Below, in pieces: positions 29,613 to 32,000 of a DNA stretch of 32,000 nt. The stretch comes from Metamycoplasma auris (GTDB lineage: Bacteria > Bacillota_I > Bacilli_A > Mycoplasmatales > Metamycoplasmataceae). The notes beneath the pieces were generated by a model. That model was given only the letters and a program-made list of their open reading frames with translations. It was not told the DNA's origin and did not search any database. Numbering within the stretch: the first letter of the stretch is position 1; each line of letters opens with the position of its first letter. Where the stretch lies: assembly GCF_003253435.1 (NCBI RefSeq), contig NZ_QKUB01000001.1, forward strand, positions 62,555 through 94,554, in the 5' to 3' direction. Both the position numbers and the translations under genes were made by a program.

Positions 29613-30518
29613 TTGGAAATTAAACCATTGATTGTCAATAATCAAACTGATAATCTTTTATTTAATGATCAAAAATTAAATTCATTGAATTTGAACGTTC
29701 AATCAGAAGAAGGCAATGAAGGTAGAATATCGCAAACTCTAAAAACTCTTGATCCAGAAAAAGTTATTCCAAATGAAATTTATAAACTTTTTTTGTCAGA
29801 AAAAACCCAAAAGAAAATTAGTTTGATTTTATTTAGTATTGTTTTTGTATTTTCCTTTATTGCCTGCTTATTGTTTGCCTTTGCTAAGGATTTATTTATT
29901 AAGTTAAAAATTGTTGATGCAACAATTAAATCAATTCCATGAGGTTGATATGTAATTCCAATTATTTTAATTGTGATTTCATTTACTTATTTTTCACTCA
30001 ATCTTATTGAATTTGTAGGTATTAAAAAATCAATAGTTTTCTATCGGATTGAACTAAGAAACGGAAATAAAAAAGCACCGCAATATATCGAGAAACTTTA
30101 CTTAAGATTATTAAAAAAACAAGTACGCCGAACCTGATTAGTTGTTGCACTTTTATTTTATGTTGGACTATTTACGCTTATTTTTTGAGCTTTGCAAGAT
30201 CAAAAATGAGGCAAACTAGATTTTAAGAAATGAATTCACAATTCATTTTCAAACCCTAACATTTTAGTGTATACGCTTTGTGGTATAATGCTATTGGTAT
30301 TATTGCTATTTATCATCGGTACAATCTATCGTAAGAAAAAAATTAGTGATATTCAAGTATTTTTTGGTAACGAAGTAATGAATTATAAAGATTATGCTGA
30401 GATAAAAACCAAAACACATAAGTTTTGAGCAAAAATATTCTTTTTAAGTGTACTAATTATTCTTATAATACCTGCAATCATTTTGTTAATAGTTTTGAAA
30501 GTAAGAAAAAAGATTTAA
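29613..30518 (+). CDS. hypothetical multi-pass membrane protein (301 aa)
   Basis: A TTG start lies 6 nt after a strong AAGGAGGTG (29599-29607). The frame continues through seven TGA-Trp codons to TAA at 30516-30518. Several hydrophobic helices are present, and I recognise no family. Confidence 0.6.
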
Positions 30519-30530
30519 TAAGGGAGAAAA

Positions 30531-30755
30531 ATGCCTACCTGAGGAATTGTATTATTAGTTATATTACCATTGTTGTTTGCTGCGATTTCGGCATTTGTAA
30601 CATTGTATATTGCAAAGAAAAAATTCGAAAAACAATTGAGAGAAAACCCACCAATTAATGAAAAAATGATTAGGGTTATGTTCCAACAAATGGGTCGCAA
30701 GGCATCGGAAGCACAAATTAGACAAGTTATGCGCTCAATGAAAAACGCTAAATAA
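30531..30755 (+). CDS. yneF: UPF0154 / YneF-family small membrane protein (74 aa)
   Basis: ATG at 30531 follows a GGGAGAAAA Shine-Dalgarno-like sequence. The sequence is MPTWGIVLLVILPLLFAAISAFVTLYIAKKKFEKQLRENPPINEKMIRVMFQQMGRKASEAQIRQVMRSM. The NPPI...M..QMG.K.S motif is typical of the family. Confidence 0.75.
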
Positions 30756-30773
30756 TCAAATTAAAAAAATAAT

Positions 30774-30801
30774 AAATCTCAATGCGTATTGAGATTTTTT
30801 T
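30774..30801 (+). terminator. rho-independent terminator after yneF
   Basis: AAATCTCAAT (30774-30783) pairs with ATTGAGATTT (30788-30797) across a 4-nt loop, followed by a T run. Confidence 0.85.
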
Positions 30802-30897
30802 ATTTTCATGTTAAAAGACAAAAAAAATTATAAAAAAATGATCTCTATATGCTAATAATGATAAACTTATATAGTTTACATTTTTGGGATTAGAAAG

Positions 30898-32000
30898 ATG
30901 AAAACATACACAAAAAACAACATAAAATATACTAGTTCTCTTACTCTATCAATGATAGGTTCAGAGGCATTTAAACTTGGAACTTCAATTTTTATATATA
31001 AATTTACAGGTAACCTTTGATTAGTAACAATCTTTTATTTATTAATTCAACTTCCTTCGATCTTTGTTTACCTATTAAGTTCGAAAATTGTTAAGAAATT
31101 AAAGAATGATAAATTAAATTTTATTGATTGCCGATATCTTTAGTTTTATTTATCTAATCCCGGTGTTAATTAATTTATTCCTGATTGAGAATAAATTGAT
31201 TCTTTCAATCGTATTGATCATATTGAATACTTGCCTTGGAATTATTCACTCATTTAGATTCATTTATCTAAAAAATGTTGTTTATTATATTGCAACAAAT
31301 AATAAGGAAATGAAAACGCTAAATATATCTAACTCATTTGCAACATCATTTGGTCTTCTTTTATCTGCAATTCTTTCATTCTTCTTATTTAAGAATTTAG
31401 CATTTTATTGATTAGTAATTCTAAATATGGTTACATATTTGATTTCTGGTTTCTTATATTTCTCGCTGCAAACTACAAGTTCATCAACAAACTTTCAAAC
31501 AGAAAATGATCATAGCAAACAAATTATTAAAAAAACTAAATTGAAGTCATGAATTTTTATTCTTTGTGGTACATTTTTAGTTGGTATATTCTTGTATCCA
31601 AAAATCTCTGGACTCTCGCAATTATTTTCAAGTTTGACTAGTTATAAGATTGATACGTGAGGATTTTATTTATCAATAATCTTTACTTTGTTTTCATTGC
31701 TTGGTGTGATAGTATCTTATTTTTTAAGATCAAAAGAAAAATATCAAAAAACATTCTTTATTATCTTAATTGCTTTAATGTTAATTTTAAATTTTGTTTG
31801 ATTACCATTTAAGAATACAAAAGAAAGTAGTTATTTGATAAGTTATATTGCAATTACTACAACACAACAATTTCTATTTTCATTGTTCATTCCAATCTTT
31901 TATTCATTATCATATGAATTATTTGATAAGCATAATTTTCATAAGCAAAATGGAATATCAATCGTCTTTAGAATTCTGTTATCATCGCTAATTAATTTGA
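30898..32000 (+). pseudogene. MFS-type transporter-like polytopic membrane protein, apparent +1 frameshift near 31119-31122; 3' end outside the window
   Basis: ATG at 30898 opens a frame that stops at TAG 31141-31143. The hydrophobic protein continues in the next frame from about 31124 to the window edge, with TGA-Trp codons throughout. Removing one T from the T4 run at 31119-31122 gives the continuous sequence ...KLKNDKLNLLIADIFSFIYL... Confidence 0.5.

Overview
AT-rich Mollicutes (Mycoplasma-type) chromosomal segment read with genetic code 4. Conserved genes (mnmG, lepA, pip, tex, P-type ATPase) are only continuous if TGA is read as Trp; for example, the W of the pip GGSWGS nucleophile motif is a TGA. 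Most breaks in the supplied ORF track are therefore UGA-Trp codons, not gene ends. Layout: (1) 1-444, the 3' end of a DUF1524/GmrSD-like nuclease gene. (2) 0.5-7.2 kb, an accessory surface-protein locus. It holds three paralogous lipoprotein genes, each behind a promoter whose -35/-10 spacer is essentially one poly(A) tract (A16, A17, A17). These bracket two tandem S41-peptidase lipoprotein paralogs, the first frameshifted at a T5 run. (3) 7.2-13.5 kb, minus-strand housekeeping genes rlmH, mnmG, rbfA, infB, ylxR, nusA. (4) A PAP2 phosphatase gene disrupted by an in-frame TAA and a frameshift at a G7/C7 run, then tex, tmcAL and 5-formyl-THF cyclo-ligase. (5) 19.2-21.1 kb, a DpnII/MboI-type (presumably GATC) R-M module: an XRE-HTH domain fused in frame to a Dam-family methyltransferase, followed by an endonuclease gene carrying an in-frame TAA. 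(6) pip, a 958-aa P-type cation ATPase, and two near-identical tRNA-Ser genes (GGA, CGA). (7) A DUF285/BspA-like membrane protein with seven exact 75-nt coding repeats, then lepA, a membrane protein, yneF, and an MFS-like transporter with an apparent frameshift. No rRNA, CRISPR or transposase was seen. The strongest candidate for something new is the poly(A)-promoter lipoprotein family interleaved with S41 protease lipoproteins. Five of about 24 genes are disrupted, three of them at homopolymers, so read-level checking for assembly error versus phase variation or decay is essential.
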